64,000 nt of DNA. It comes from the human T2T-CHM13v2.0 reference genome, Homo sapiens. Numbering within the stretch: position 1 is the first letter of the stretch; each line of letters begins with the position of its first letter. The notes under the pieces are model-generated. The model ran no database searches. It was given only the letters and a program-made list of their open reading frames with translations, and was not told the origin of the DNA. The position numbers and the translations under genes are program-made. Positions 26,931-44,025 of the stretch are shown here, in pieces. Where the stretch lies: the NCBI RefSeq assembly GCF_009914755.1, contig NC_060936.1; one strand, written 5' to 3'.

Positions 26931-29731
26931 AAGTTATATAAATGTTTTAGGAAGTAAGATGATACAACCAAAAACTTTACCTATGTGATTTCTTGACCTC
27001 CTGTGCTATGTAGTTCAAGAATTTGGCAAATTCTTTGAAGGGGAAACTCAAAGTTTAGGGCTTGCTTCTCTTATCCTTTCTTTTCCTAGAGATTATTGCC
27101 CTTGTATCTTGGATAATTCAGGAACCCCAGACTTTAACATATTTCTCAAGCTCTATACCATTGCTGAAAGCTCTGCAGCCCTTATCTGGTCACCCTCTCT
27201 TGCTGCCTGGTATAGCAAACGTCCCAAGGAAAAATGAAGTGGGCTGAATGTTGAACTCACCTTAATGGGTTTCTTTTGCTATTAGATTTGGTCACAACTT
27301 CTGTTTTATTCACTGTTGTATTCTAACTGTGTAGCAGGTCCATGGTACAAGGCAGGTGTGCAATAAATGCTTAACAAATAACTAAATGAATGATGAATAC
27401 CTTCAAATTTATTTTACAGAGCAAGCGTAAGCCTAGTGACAAAGCAAGAAAATGGAAACTATTGACCAATGCCCGATTCTGTTGCAACTATAGTCTAGAT
27501 GTTATTTAAGATAATGATATCAAATGGAATTCACTTATGCATAAAAGAAAAAAGAACATACAATGATTAGGCTTGTGCCAAAAATGTAAGATTGCTACCT
27601 ATAAGAATATATACACAAGCAACACATTGTAAACTGTGGTTTACATATTCAGAAATCAATTTGCATTTCAAAAATCTCTTCAAATATTTGTAATAGCAAC
27701 AATTAGCAATTTTTAATATATTTTACAATAGACTGAAATGTTTGATATACAATTCTCATAAGATTGTGGTGGAACTCACATAATTATGCATTTCTGGTGG
27801 TAATACAAATTGACACAATCTCTTTCTAGAGCAACTGTATTTTATTTACTTTGGTAGTTTTTTATTTACCTTTATAGACATGTTGTTTTTTTAATTTTCT
27901 TTTTTTCCCACCATATATATATCTATATATATAAACCCAGTTCAAATATATGATATGGAATATTAAATATATTGATTGATATTAAATATGTGAATATATG
28001 ATATGATTTCTAAATCCTTCTCTAGTATACAGCAGTAAATAAGATGTACTTCAAGTACAATACTTTCATTTCTAAGCAGATCTCTGGCCTGGAAAAATGA
28101 AGGTTTCTCTAGAGATGTACTAGAAATTGTTTAGTTCCAAACCTAGGCCAAATTTGCCTCACACATTTCCTTCTTGTGAGACTGTATTATAAGACATTTT
28201 GTTTAATAATGATATATAACAATACCTGTACTCTTGTTACTCACCAATTTCTGTTACAAAAATAAGTAGAGATGGTAGTAGAGATATACATATATTTTGT
28301 CAAATATTTCTGCAGATGCAGAGATAATGTACAGGAATAATCAAGAACAATGAAACTTGCCTAAAGTAGAACTAAATAAGGGAGAGATTGTCAAATACAT
28401 TTATAAATTATAACAAAATAAATGGAAATCAAAATTAATTAAATCACACATAATCCTATTATCCTAACATAATTATTGCCAGTAAGATAATTTTGAAAAG
28501 CAGTTGATGAAAAATTATCAGAAACTATAAATATTTTTTCTTTCAATAATTTCATTTCTGGTAATTAACCCTGAGGAATAAAATCAAATGAAGAATGCTG
28601 CTTTGTACATTGACATGTTCAGTTTAACCTTAATTTTAATGGCAAATTGTTAAACAATCTAAATATCTGACTGGGGAAATGGTAAATTATTGCATACCAT
28701 CTTAATCAGTCCTTAAAATTAAGATCCTAACGACTATAGTTACATGGAAAACGCATTTGATATAATGCAGAAAAATTCTGTCAAGGCCATCACAGTTAAA
28801 ACTGAAACTATTCATTATATGGTTGATAAGTGAAAGAGGCTTAACACAGTTTAATGTATGAAAGAGTTACATTAGGATAGTTGGATTGCTGTGAGTTTCT
28901 TGTGATTTTGTCTTCCTCTTCTTATAATAAATGTGCAAAAATTATGGGAAAAATATAGAAAAATTGCAGATAAATAAGAAGTGAATTTACTAAGTAACAA
29001 CACTTGAATAAAGAGCTTATTGGCACTTATTAATTGATACTTATTTGAAATCACTGCTAATGCATATGAAGTTAAATAAGATTTTACTTGTACTGTCTAG
29101 TGCAGTCTGTTATAACAAAAACAATGAAAAGAGTTTCCTGGTAATATTAATAATGTCTTATTTAACTTGACATGCTTTAAAGTCTAAAACAGTGGCTTAA
29201 ACATGGCAAGTTATTGATAAATACTTACTGATTAAATTTTGAGACTATAAAACTTTGACATCCTTGAAAAAAATTAGTTCAATTATTTAGTATGTAATAT
29301 ACATGGATCAAAACTGTTACAATAAAGCACAGTAAAATAATTCTCCTTCCCATCATCATCTGCTAGCACTTTTCCTATGTATACGAACACCTATGTATAT
29401 TATTTTCCTCCTTTTCACAATGATAGCATACTATATGTAATTTACTATAGATTGATTTATTTTCAATTAACAATGTATCTTGGAAATCTTTCCATATCAG
29501 TACAAATTGTACTTCCTTATTCCCTTTTATGACCACATAGGGTTCCATTACATAGATACATTATACTTCTTCCTCATTCAAAAACACCTTTCAGTTGTTT
29601 CTTAGTTGCATTTTTTGGTCTGCTAAAATACATCAGATCAAAAAGTGAAGTTTCTCATATTTTGTAAAGCTTCCTATCACACACAATATTAATTTGTTAA
29701 TAAATCTTAATGATTTACCTTAGAAACAGAT

Positions 29732-30017
29732 GGTCTCACTCATAGGTGGGAATTGAACAATGAGAACACATGGACACAGGAAGGGGAACATCACACTCCG
29801 GGGTCTGTTGTTGGGTGGGGGAAGGGGGGAGGGGTAGCATTAGGAGATATACCTAATGTTAAATGACGAGTTAATGGGTGCAGCATACCAACATGGCACA
29901 TGTATACATATGTAACAAACCTGCACATTGTGCACATGTACCCTAAAACTTAAAGTATAATAATAATAAAATAAATAAATAAATAAATAAATAAATAAAA
30001 TAAATTATAAAAAAAAA
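29732..30017 (+). mobile_element. 5'-truncated L1 (L1PA4-like) 3' end inserted in an L2
   Basis: CTCACTCATAGGTGGGAATTGAACAATGAG...CCTAATGTTAAATGACGAG...CCTAAAACTTAAAGTATAAT, an (AAAT)n tail and TSD AGAAACAGAT/AGAAAGAGAT. Flanks are L2-like. Confidence 0.93.
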
Positions 30018-31709
30018 GAAAGAGATCCAGAATCTAACCACTTCTCACTGTTTCCATTGAGCTATCATTATCTCTCACCTGGATTAATATAATTGCCTCT
30101 TAAATGGTCCTCCACTTTTCAATGCTTATCTCCTCTACAGTAAAGCCTCAAAACAACAGATAGTAGGACTTTTTAAAATGTATGATAGGAATTGCAGAAT
30201 TGGCTAAGATAGAGTAATTATGTCACACTCTCTTCCGCTGAATAAAATTAAAACCCTGGGTATAATACATAAACATCTAGAGACTCTGAAAAATAAATAA
30301 TAACAAGTTTGCTGAGGAGAGAAATTAAAACTCAAAGAAGAATCCCATGGGGTGAGTTCTCTCTGCACTTTATTCTCCCATCTCTTCTGGCCTGAATCCA
30401 ATAAATGTGCAGCAGACACAGTCACCAAAAGCTCCAAGGAAACTTATCTCATTGTGGTGCAGACTCTAGGAACTGTGACCGCTATAGGACAGAAAGAATG
30501 AGAGGAAATTTTCATGTCTTGACTTTCTCTTTTTACTCTCCAAGGTCTGTCCCACTCAAGCACTGGTCATGAAGCTGCATTTCCATGGTGGAGACAGTGC
30601 AACTGGTAGCAATGATGGTGGCATCAGTGGACTTGCTGATAATTAAAATACTCAGAAAATAATCCTTCTCTCTCATTATAGAAAGTGGAAAAGATGCTTT
30701 TGTTATCTAAAGTGAGGAAGCAATCCCTTTCCCTCTCTCTGCCTCTCTCTCTCTCTTTCTCTTCTCTTACTGCTTTGCCCCAAGTTGAACAGAATTGTAG
30801 ATGTGCACGAGCGTAATGAGGCAAATACTCTGGCCTCATAGCTAGAGTACCAAATCAAGGCCTCCGGTATTTAGAGAGTACAAGGTAATCAAGAAGAGGA
30901 TGGAACTGGAGAAAAGCTGGAGAAAATCTGTACAAGGAGTATACGGTTCATCCCAACCTATGTATGTGTGGAACTGAACCAACACATGAAAAGTTCGAAA
31001 AAACTTTGATATGATGAATGTGAATTTCCAGGTGACAAATTAGCACATGGTTGGTGGACATGCTGGGCAGACCAAAATATCACTGCCAAGGATTTTTTTA
31101 CTATACTGAAATTGAAATTATAGTGAATAGAAGTTGGGTCATATCATTCAGTCTGAACCTCATCTATTTGCCTGCTAATACAGACAAACAAGTAAGTGCA
31201 ACAAAACAAACAAAAAAATCTCCAGAAGATTTTAACAGGACCCATAGTATTATACAGTAATATTTTAAAACTCTAAATTACAATTATCTATCAATCTATA
31301 TATAGAAGAACTAGGCATAGCTCAACTACTCTCAAAGAGAAAGCCAATTAAGAAACAATGACCTTAAAATAACCTATGTTAGAATTATTAGTAGACTTTA
31401 AAGCAGATATTATAAATGCGTCTCGATGAAGGCAAAAGCCCTTGAAATGAATGGAAGGATAGAAGTTCTCAAAAAGAAATAGAAGTTATAAGAATAAACC
31501 ACAGAAAATTTTAAATCTAAAAATTAAAATGCTATAAATAAAAAATTCACTGGAAATGAAATGACAAAGGAAAGAATTAGTGAACCTGAAGGTATATTAA
31601 TAGAAATTATTCAATTTGGACAACAGAGAGTAGTTTGAACTTGAATGTAAGTTTGAATCTCTAAAAAGTATGCAACAAACTTGTGGCTCAAGGCTGCAAG
31701 GTATCATTA

Positions 31710-32286
31710 TGTGTCCGGAGTTGGTTCCTTCTGGTGGGTTTGTGGTCTCACTGACTTCAAGAATGGAGCTGCAGACCTTCACGGTGAGTGTTACAGCTCT
31801 TAAAGATGGCAAAGACCCAAAGAGTGAGCAGCAGCAAGGTTTACTGTGAAGAGCAAAAGAACAAAGTTTCCACAGCATGGACGAGAACCCAAGGGGGGTG
31901 CCACTGCTGGCTGGGGGCGGCCAGCTTTTATTCCCTTATTTGTTCTCGCCCTTGTCCTACTGATTGGTCCATCTTACAGAGTGCTGATTGGTCCATTTTA
32001 GAAACGTCTAGCTAGCTACAGAGTGCTGATTGGTGCGTTTTTACAGAGCACTGATTGGTGCATTTTACAAACCTCTAGCTAGCCACAGAGCACTGATTGG
32101 TGCATTTTTACAGAGCATTGATTGGCATATTTTACAAAACTCTAGCTAGCTACAGACCACTGATTGGTGCATTTTACAATCCTACCTACAGAATGCTGAT
32201 TGGCACATTTTACAATCCTCTTCTAAGACAGAAATGTTCTCCAAGTCTCCACTCAACCCAGGAAGTCCAGCTGGCTTCACCTCTCA
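31710..32286 (-). mobile_element. LTR12-family (ERV9) solo LTR, short LTR12/LTR12F-type
   Basis: Reverse complement TGAGAGGTGAAGCCAGCTGGACTTCCTGGG...GAAGGAACCAACTCCGGACACA, eight TGATTGG repeats and 4-bp TSD ATTA/ATTG. Confidence 0.9.
31960..32204 (-). promoter_or_regulatory. Tandem CCAAT (NF-Y) box array of LTR12
   Basis: Eight TGATTGG motifs. The AATAAAAG TATA-like box lies downstream on the minus strand at ~31925-31932. Confidence 0.6.
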
Positions 32287-33510
32287 ATTGGAGTCTCAGA
32301 AGGTTAGAAAAAAGTTAGTCAAAAAATAATATTTGAAGACAGAATGGCTAAATACTTTCTAGATGTGGTGAAGAACACAAATTTACAGATTTTTATAATT
32401 CCAGAAAACACCAAATAGGATAAACTCAAATAAAACCATGTTCAGATGCACCATAATCAAACTGGAGAAAAACAAAGATAAATGTAAAACCTTTTAGGCA
32501 AGTGGAGAAAAGTAACATATTGCATAAGACTAAAAGACAGGACAACATGTTGAAAGTGTTGAAAGAAAACAAAAAAAATTGAAGACAGATACACATAATG
32601 AAAATATCCTTTAAGAATAAAGGTGGAATAAAAACATTTTTAAAGAAAAAAATAAGCAGAATATTTTTGTCATTACACCTGCTTTTAAATAAATAGTAAA
32701 AAAATTTTTGAAACTAGATAAATATTAACTGAAAAATCCAGAACATTAGGGATGACAAAATAAAAACAACAGTAATGACAACTGAACAATTAAAATAGGC
32801 TGTATTTTGCCTCTGTACGTTCCTTAAACTTAATTTTATAACTTTGCTGTTATAAAAGTTATAAAATTATTTGAGCAGTTTTCAAAGTATGTAGATGAAA
32901 TACATATGATAGCCACTCCACAAAGAGGGGGTTGCATAAATAAAGAAACCCAGATGGTGGTAAGATATCTAGATTATATTTGAAGTAATAAAATATTAAC
33001 GCTACATACAGAGTGAAAAATTATATTTATATATTGTAATTCCTAGAGCAACCCCAACCAAATATAATAAGGTATGTAGATGAAAGTCAAAAAAATTTAA
33101 ATGGATTAATATATTTTGAAAGAATCCAAGAAAAGGCTTAAAAGTATCAATACAGTAACACCAACACCAAAACTGACAACACTACCAACGGCAACAAAAA
33201 GAGAGGGAACAAACAAAAATCCAATCACAAAACAGTAAATTTAATCTAACCGTATCAATAATTACATTAAATGTTAATACACACACTAATTTGGATCAGG
33301 TTCCAAGATGGCCAAATAGGAAGAACTCCAGTCTACAGCTCTCAGTGTGAGCAATGCAGAAGATGGGTGATTTTTGCATTTCCAACTGAGGTACCAGGTT
33401 CATCTCACTGGGGCTTGTTGGACACTGGGTGCAGCGCACGGAGCATGAGACAAAGCAGGGCAGGGCATCACTTCACATGGGAAGCACAAGGCGTCTGGGA
33501 ATTCCCTTTC

Positions 33511-33732
33511 CTAGCCAAGGGTAGCCGTGACAGATGGTACCTGGAAAATCGGATCACTCCCCACCCTAATACTGGGCTTTTCCAAGGGTCTTAGCAAATG
33601 GCACACCAGGAGATTATATCCCGCGTCTGGCTCAGAGGGTCTTACACCCATGGAGACTCGCTCACTGCTAGCACTGCAGTCTGAGATCCAACTGCAAGGT
33701 GGCAGTGAGGCTGGGGGAGAGGGGTTGGCCAT
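33511..33732 (-). CDS. ORF0: L1 antisense ORF0 homolog, 73 aa, open; expression unknown
   Basis: MANPSPPASLPPCSWISDCSASSERVSMGVRPSEPDAGYNLLVCHLLRPLEKPSIRVG resembles recalled L1 ORF0 (MAGAPPPASLPPCSLISDCCAS...). Kozak context GCAATGG. Confidence 0.6.
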   Translation of the reverse strand: MANPSPPASLPPCSWISDCSASSERVSMGVRPSEPDAGYNLLVCHLLRPLEKPSIRVGSDPIFQVPSVTATLG

Positions 33733-34306
33733 TGCTGAGGATTGAGTAGATAAACAAAGTGGCCAGGAAGCTCGAACTGGGTGGAGCCCACTGAAGCTCA
33801 AGGAGGCCTGCCTGCCTCTGTAGAATCCACCTCTGGGGGCAGGGCATGGCTGAACAAAAGGCAGCAGAAACTTCTGCAGACTTAAACCTCCCTGTCTGAC
33901 AGCTCTGAACAGAGTAGTGGTTCTCCCACCACAGAGTTTGAGATCTGAGAATGGATAGACTGCCTCCTCAAGTGTGTCCCTGACCCCCAAGTAGCCTAAC
34001 TGGGAGGCACCTCCCAGTAGGGGCCGACTGACACCTCATATGGCTGGGTGCCCCTCTTTGAAAAAGCTTCCAGAGGAAGGAACAGGCAGCAATATTTGCT
34101 GTCCTGCAATATTTGCTGTTCTGCAGCCTCTGCTGGTGCTACCCAGGCAAACAGGATCTGGAGTGGACCTCCAGCAAACTCCAACAGAACTGCAGCTGAG
34201 GGTCCTGACTATTAGAAGGAAAACTAACAAACAGAAAGGACATCCACACCAAAACCCCATCTGTACGTCACCATCATCAAAGACCAAAGGTAGATAACAC
34301 CACAAA

Positions 34307-35330
34307 ACGGGGAGAAACTAGAGCAGAAAAGTGGAAAATTCTAAAAATCAGAGCACCTCTTCTCCTCCAATGGAATGCTGCTCCTCGTCAGCAATGGAAC
34401 AAAGCTGGATAGAGAATGACTTTGACAAGTTGAGAGAAGAAGGCTTCAGACCATCAGTAATAACAAACTTCTCCGAGCTAAAGGAGGATGTTCAAACCCA
34501 TCGCAAAGAAGCTAAAAACCTTGAAAAAAGATTAGATGAATGGCTAACTAGAAGGAACAGTGTAGAGAAGAACTTAAATGACCTGATGGAGCTGAAAACC
34601 ATGGCACAAGAACTATGTGACACAGGTACAAGCTTCAGTAGCCTATTTGATCAAGTGGAAGAAAGGGTATCAGTGATTGAAGATCAAATGAATGAAATGA
34701 AGCAAGAAGAGAAGTTTAAAGAAAAAAGAGTAAAAAGAATCGAACAAAGCCTGCAAGAAACATGGGACTATGTGAAAAGACCAAATCTATGTCTGATTGG
34801 TGTACCTGAAAGTGATGGGGAGAATGGAACCAAGTTGGAAAATATTCTTCAGGATATTATCCAGGAGAACTTCCCCAACCTAGCAAGGCAGGCCAACATT
34901 CAAATTCAGGAAATACAGAGAACACCACAGCGATACTCCTCGAGAAGAACAACCCCAAAACACATAATTGTCAGATTCACCAAAATTGAAATGAAGGAAA
35001 AAATGTTAAGGGCAGCCAGAGAGAAAGGTCAGGTTACTGACAAAGGGAAGCCCATCAGATTAATAGCTGATCTCTCAGCAGAAACTCTCCAAGCCAGAAG
35101 AGAGTGGGGGCCAATATACAACATTCTTAAAGAAAAGAATTTTCAACCCAGAATTTCATATCCAGCCAAACTAAGCTTCGTAAGTGAAGGAGAAATAAAA
35201 TACTTTACAGACAAGTAAATATTGAGATTTTGTCACCACCAGGCCTGCCTTCCAAGAGGTCCTGAAGGAAGCACTAAACATGGAAAGGAACAACCACTAC
35301 CAGCCACTGCAAAAACATGCCAAATTGTAA
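34307..35330 (+). pseudogene. L1 ORF1p, disabled
   Basis: ORF1 peptide (WDYVKRPNL, ARREWG, YPAKLS). Start codon is ACG, with a TAG at 34319-34321 and a premature TAA at 35216-35218. Confidence 0.95.
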
Positions 35331-35393
35331 AGACCATCGAGGCTAGGAAGAAACTGCATCAACTAACAAGCAAAATAACTGGCTAACATCATA

Positions 35394-39226
<3,833 letters not shown>

Positions 39227-39591
39227 ACAATGAGAACACTTGGACACAGGGTGGGGAACATCGCCCATTGGGGCCTGGCATGGGGTGAGGGGAGGAGGGA
39301 GGGATAGCATTAGGAGAAATACCTAATGTAAATGATGAGTTAATGGGTGCAGCACACCAACATGGCACATATATGTAGATGTAACAAACCTGCACATTGT
39401 GCACATGTACCCTAGAACTTAAGGTATAATAAAAAAAATAGGCACACCAATTCAAAAGTCGGATATTGTCAGACTGGATTAAAACAAGAATAATAAAAAG
39501 ATCCAGTCATATATTTTATAAGAAAAATACTTTAAATATAATTGTACCAAGAAGTCAAACTGGTAACAGCAATTAAAAGAATGTGAGGGTG

Positions 39592-39854
<263 letters not shown>

Positions 39855-40889
39855 TTAGCTAAAGTGGATTTCAGCATAAGGAAAATTACCAATGACAAAG
39901 GCAAACAATATAAAGACCAAAGGGTCAATTCATTAAGAAGTAATAGTAATACCAAATTTGCATGGATCTAACAACAGAACTTAAAATTCTTGAAGAAAAA
40001 CCTAATATAACTGCAAAGAGAAATAACCAAATTCAAAACTATACCTATTTATCTTAATTAATAAAACAAGTACACAGAAAATAAGCCAGGGTATATAATA
40101 TATTATCAATATTATTAAACAACTTAAAATTATACCCAACAGTTGCAGAATACATATTATTTTAAAATGTATGTAGAACATTTGTCAAGATAGGTCTCAT
40201 CTATGTTAACATAACAGACTTAAATTTAGAAGAATTGTAATCAATAATAGAAAATTGTCTATAAAGATCACAAAGTATTTGGAAATTAAACAACATACTT
40301 GAAAATAATTTATAAGTCAAAAAGAAGTTTCAGGACAAATTAGCATCTATTTTAAACTTGATTAATATAAAAATGCAACATAAAATGTGTAGGATGCAGC
40401 TAATTCAGAGTTGGGGGGAAAATTTATAGCATTGAATGCTTACATTAGAAAAGAAAAAAATTCTCAAATCAGTAACTTAAGCTTTCACATTAATAAACTA
40501 GAAACTAAGAAGAAATGAAAAACAACACAAAGAGAAAAAAATGTGATAATAAAGATTAGGCTTTAAAACAATGAAATTTGAAGGTAGAAAATAATAAAAT
40601 TAATGGAACCAAAAGCTACTTCTTTGAAAAGTTTGATAATTTGATAATATTGAAAAACCTTTTTCCAGATCAACCAAAGAAAGGAACAGAGGGAAAGCCA
40701 GAAAGAGAGAAATAGTGAACAAAAATTACCAACATCAGTAGGAAAGAGGGATATTATTACAAAGCCCATAGCTATTCAATATATAATAAAATATAAGAGG
40801 ATAAGAAGAAATATTAGGGACAATTTATGCCTATAAGTTCAACAACTTATAGTGAATAAACCAATTTATTAAGAAAAAAATTACCAAAT

Positions 40890-40899
40890 CTCTTTCTCA

Positions 40900-40937
<38 letters not shown>

Positions 40938-40958
40938 GAGACACAAACACACACATAC
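40890..40958. repeat. (CT)n-(CA)n compound microsatellite
   Basis: Read directly from the sequence. Confidence 0.9.
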
Positions 40959-41272
40959 AAAATAGATATCTTCAATGGTCCTCTATCTGTAAAACCAATT
41001 GAGTTGGTAGTTAAGTATCCTCCAAGAAAATTACAGGCCCAGGTAATTTTGTTGGTCCTGTAATTCTAAGAATAATTTGTGGAGGAAATTACAGTAATCC
41101 TACAGAACCTCTTCCAGAAAATTAAAAAAAAGAAGAAACATTTGTCAGTTTATTCCCTGAGGCCATCACTGCTTGAATACCAAAATCAGACAAAGCCACT
41201 ACAACAAATAAAAAGCACAGAACAATATCCCTCATGAACATAGATACAAATATTTTCAACAAAATATAACAT

Positions 41273-43370
41273 GTTGTTGCAATTGCTTCTGGGGACTAAG
41301 CATAATTTATTTGTCAATACCAACACCAAGAATGTTATTTCCTAAGTTTTCTTCCAGGATTTTTAGAGTTTGAGGTCTTACATTTAAATCTTTAATCAAT
41401 GTTGAGTTAACTTTTGTATATGGTGAGATATAGGGATCCATTTTAATTCTTCTGCATATGGCTAGCCAATTATCCCAGCACCATTTATTGAATAGGGAAT
41501 CCTCTCCCTATCGGGGGAAATTCAGCCAGATATTGGGCAAAATTCACCCCCGATATTTCACGTAGGTTCTTTTCTATTTTCCCTAAGTGTTGGCTGGTCT
41601 GAGAAATAAAGGGACAGAGTACAAAAGAGAGAAATTTTAAAGCTGGGTGTCTGGGGGTGACATCACATGTTGGCAGGTTCTGTGATGCCCCCTGAGCCAT
41701 AAAACCAGCAAGTTTTTATTAGTGATTTCAAAAGGGGAGGGGGTGTATGAATAGGGTGTGGGTCACAGAGATCATGTGCTTCACAAGGTAATAGAATATC
41801 ACAAAGGCAAATGGAGGCAGGGTGAGATCACAGGACCACAGGACTGGGGCGAAATTAAAATTGGTAATGAAGTTTCAGGCATGCATTGTCATTGATAACA
41901 TCTTATCAGGAGACAGGGCTTGAGAGCAGACAACTGGTCTGACCAAAATTTATTAGGTGGGAATTTCCTCGTCCTAATACGCCTGGGAGCACTACGGGAG
42001 ACTGGGGCTTATTTCATCCCTACAGCTTCGACCATAAAAGACGGCCGCCCCCTGAAGTGGCCATTTCAGAGGTCCACCCTCAGGGATGCATTCTCTTTCT
42101 CAGGGATGTTCCTTGCTGAGAAAAAGAATTCAGCAATATTTTTCCCATTTGCTTTTGAAAGAAGAGAAATATGGCTCTGTTCCGCCCGGCTCACCGGCGG
42201 TCAAAGTTTAATGTTATCTCTCTTGTTCCCTGAACATTGCTGTTATCCTGTTCTTTTTTCAAGGTGCCCAGATTTCATATTGTTCAAACACACATGCTCT
42301 ACAAACAATTTGTGCAGTTAATGCAATCATCACAGGGGCCTGAGGCAACATACATCCTCCCCAGCTTACGAGGATGACGGGATTAAGAGATTAAAGACAG
42401 GCATAGGAAATCACAAGGCTATTGATTGGGGAAGTGATAAGTGTCCATGAAATCTTCACATTTTATGTTCAGAGATTGCAGTAAAGACAAGCATAAGAAA
42501 TTATAAAAGTATTAATTTGGGGAACTAATAAATGTCCATGAAATCTTCACAATCCACATTCTTCTGCCTTGGCTTCAGCTGGTCCCTCCGTTCGGGGTTC
42601 CTGACTTCCCGCAACATTTCCCCACTGTTTTTTTTTTTTTTTTCTCTGAAGATCAAATGGTTGTAGGTGTGTGGTTTTATTTCTGGGTCCTCTATTCTGT
42701 TCTATTGGTCTTGTTTCTGTTTTTGCACCAGTACCACACTGTTTTGGTTACTGTCACTGGTAATGTGATACCTTGGGCTTTGCTGTTTTTGCTTAGGATT
42801 GCTTTGGCTATTTCAGCACTGTTTTAGTTCCAAATAAATTTTAGAATAGGTTTTTCTAGTTCTGTGGAAAATGCCATTGGTATTTTGATAGGGATAACAT
42901 TGAATCTGTAAATTGCTTTGGGCAGTATGGCCATTTTAACAATATTGATTCTTCCAATCCATGAGCATGAAATGTTTTTCCATTTATTTTTTTCATCTAT
43001 GATTTCTTTCAGCAGTGTTTTGTACTTGTCCTTGTAGAGCAGTTTCACATCCTTGATTAGATGAATTCCCAGGTATTTCATTTTGTGTGCGTGTGGCTAT
43101 TGTAAATGGGATTGTGTTCTTGATTTGGCTGTCAGCTAGAATGTTACTGGTGTATAGAAATGTTACTGATTTTGTACATTGATTTTGCATCCTGAAACTT
43201 TACTCAATTAGCTTATCAGTTCCAGGAGCAGAGTTTTTAAGGTTTCTATGTATAGAATCATATCATCATTAAAGAGAGAAATTTTGACTTCGTCTTTTCC
43301 TATTTGTATGCCTTTTATTTCTTTCTTTTGCCTGATTGCTTTGGCTAGGACTTTTGGTACTATGTTGAAG
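41273..43370 (-). mobile_element. Inverted L1 ORF2 segment, split by MER11
   Basis: Minus-strand ORF2 peptides [13 protein letters not shown]...[23 protein letters not shown] and [25 protein letters not shown]. Confidence 0.92.
41509..42616 (-). mobile_element. MER11 solo LTR (HERV-K11/HML-8)
   Basis: Reverse complement starts TGTTGCGGGAAGTCAGGAACCCCGAACGGAGGGACC and ends GAATTTCCCCCGATA. 1108 bp, with 6-bp TSD TCTCCC/TTTCCC. Confidence 0.92.
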
Positions 43371-43690
43371 GAAATGGTTCTGTAGGTCACTATCCTAAGC
43401 AAATAAATGCAAGAACAGGAAACCAAAAACCTATGTTCTCAGTTGTAAGTGGGAGCTAAACATTGGGTACTCATGGACATAAAGATGGCAACAACAGACA
43501 CTGGGGACTACTAGGAGGAGGAGAGTGGAAGGGGGCAAGGATTGAAAAAGTACTTATTGCATACTATGCTCACTACCCGGATGACGAAATCATTTATACT
43601 CCAAACCTGAGCATCACATAATATACACACCTAACAAATCTGCACATGTAGCCTTTAATGTATAATAAAGTTGAAATTTTTGTTTAAAAA
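43371..43690 (+). mobile_element. L1 3' end (L1PA15/16-like)
   Basis: GTGGGAGCTAAACATTGGGTACTCATGGACATAAAGATGGCAACAACAGACACTGGGGACTACTAG...AATAAAGTTGAAA. Confidence 0.85.
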
Positions 43691-44025
43691 TTAGCACATT
43701 AGATCCAGCAATAATCCAGTAATGCAAAGATAATTCACTATTTGAAAATAATTTAATGAAACTTTCCTAGTAGCAGACTAAAGGAGAAACAACACATTAT
43801 CTTAATAATAGATGCAGATAAAGTATTTGAAACAATTAAAAATGTATTTATAAAAATTAACTTCTCAGCAATTTAGGAATATAATGAACCACTTTAATAT
43901 GATAAATAGCATCTACAAAAGTCCTACAGCTGGCATCATATTTGAAAGTGTTAAAAGTAACACCACAAAACTACTTCAAAAAATAAAGTGAAAGTATATT
44001 TTTATAACCTTGGTTATAGAGTAAC

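Noticed and set aside
24900-29700. Apparently unique sequence
   Set aside because: It contains scattered, very degraded L1ME/L2/MIR-like patches that I could not bound reliably, so they are not annotated.
31960-32204. Regularly spaced CTGATTGG repeats resembling a CRISPR array
   Set aside because: The spacers are similar to one another and the array is the normal LTR12 U3 tandem repeat.
41920-42321. 133-aa ORF
   Set aside because: It lies wholly within the MER11 LTR, antisense to it, and is a chance ORF.
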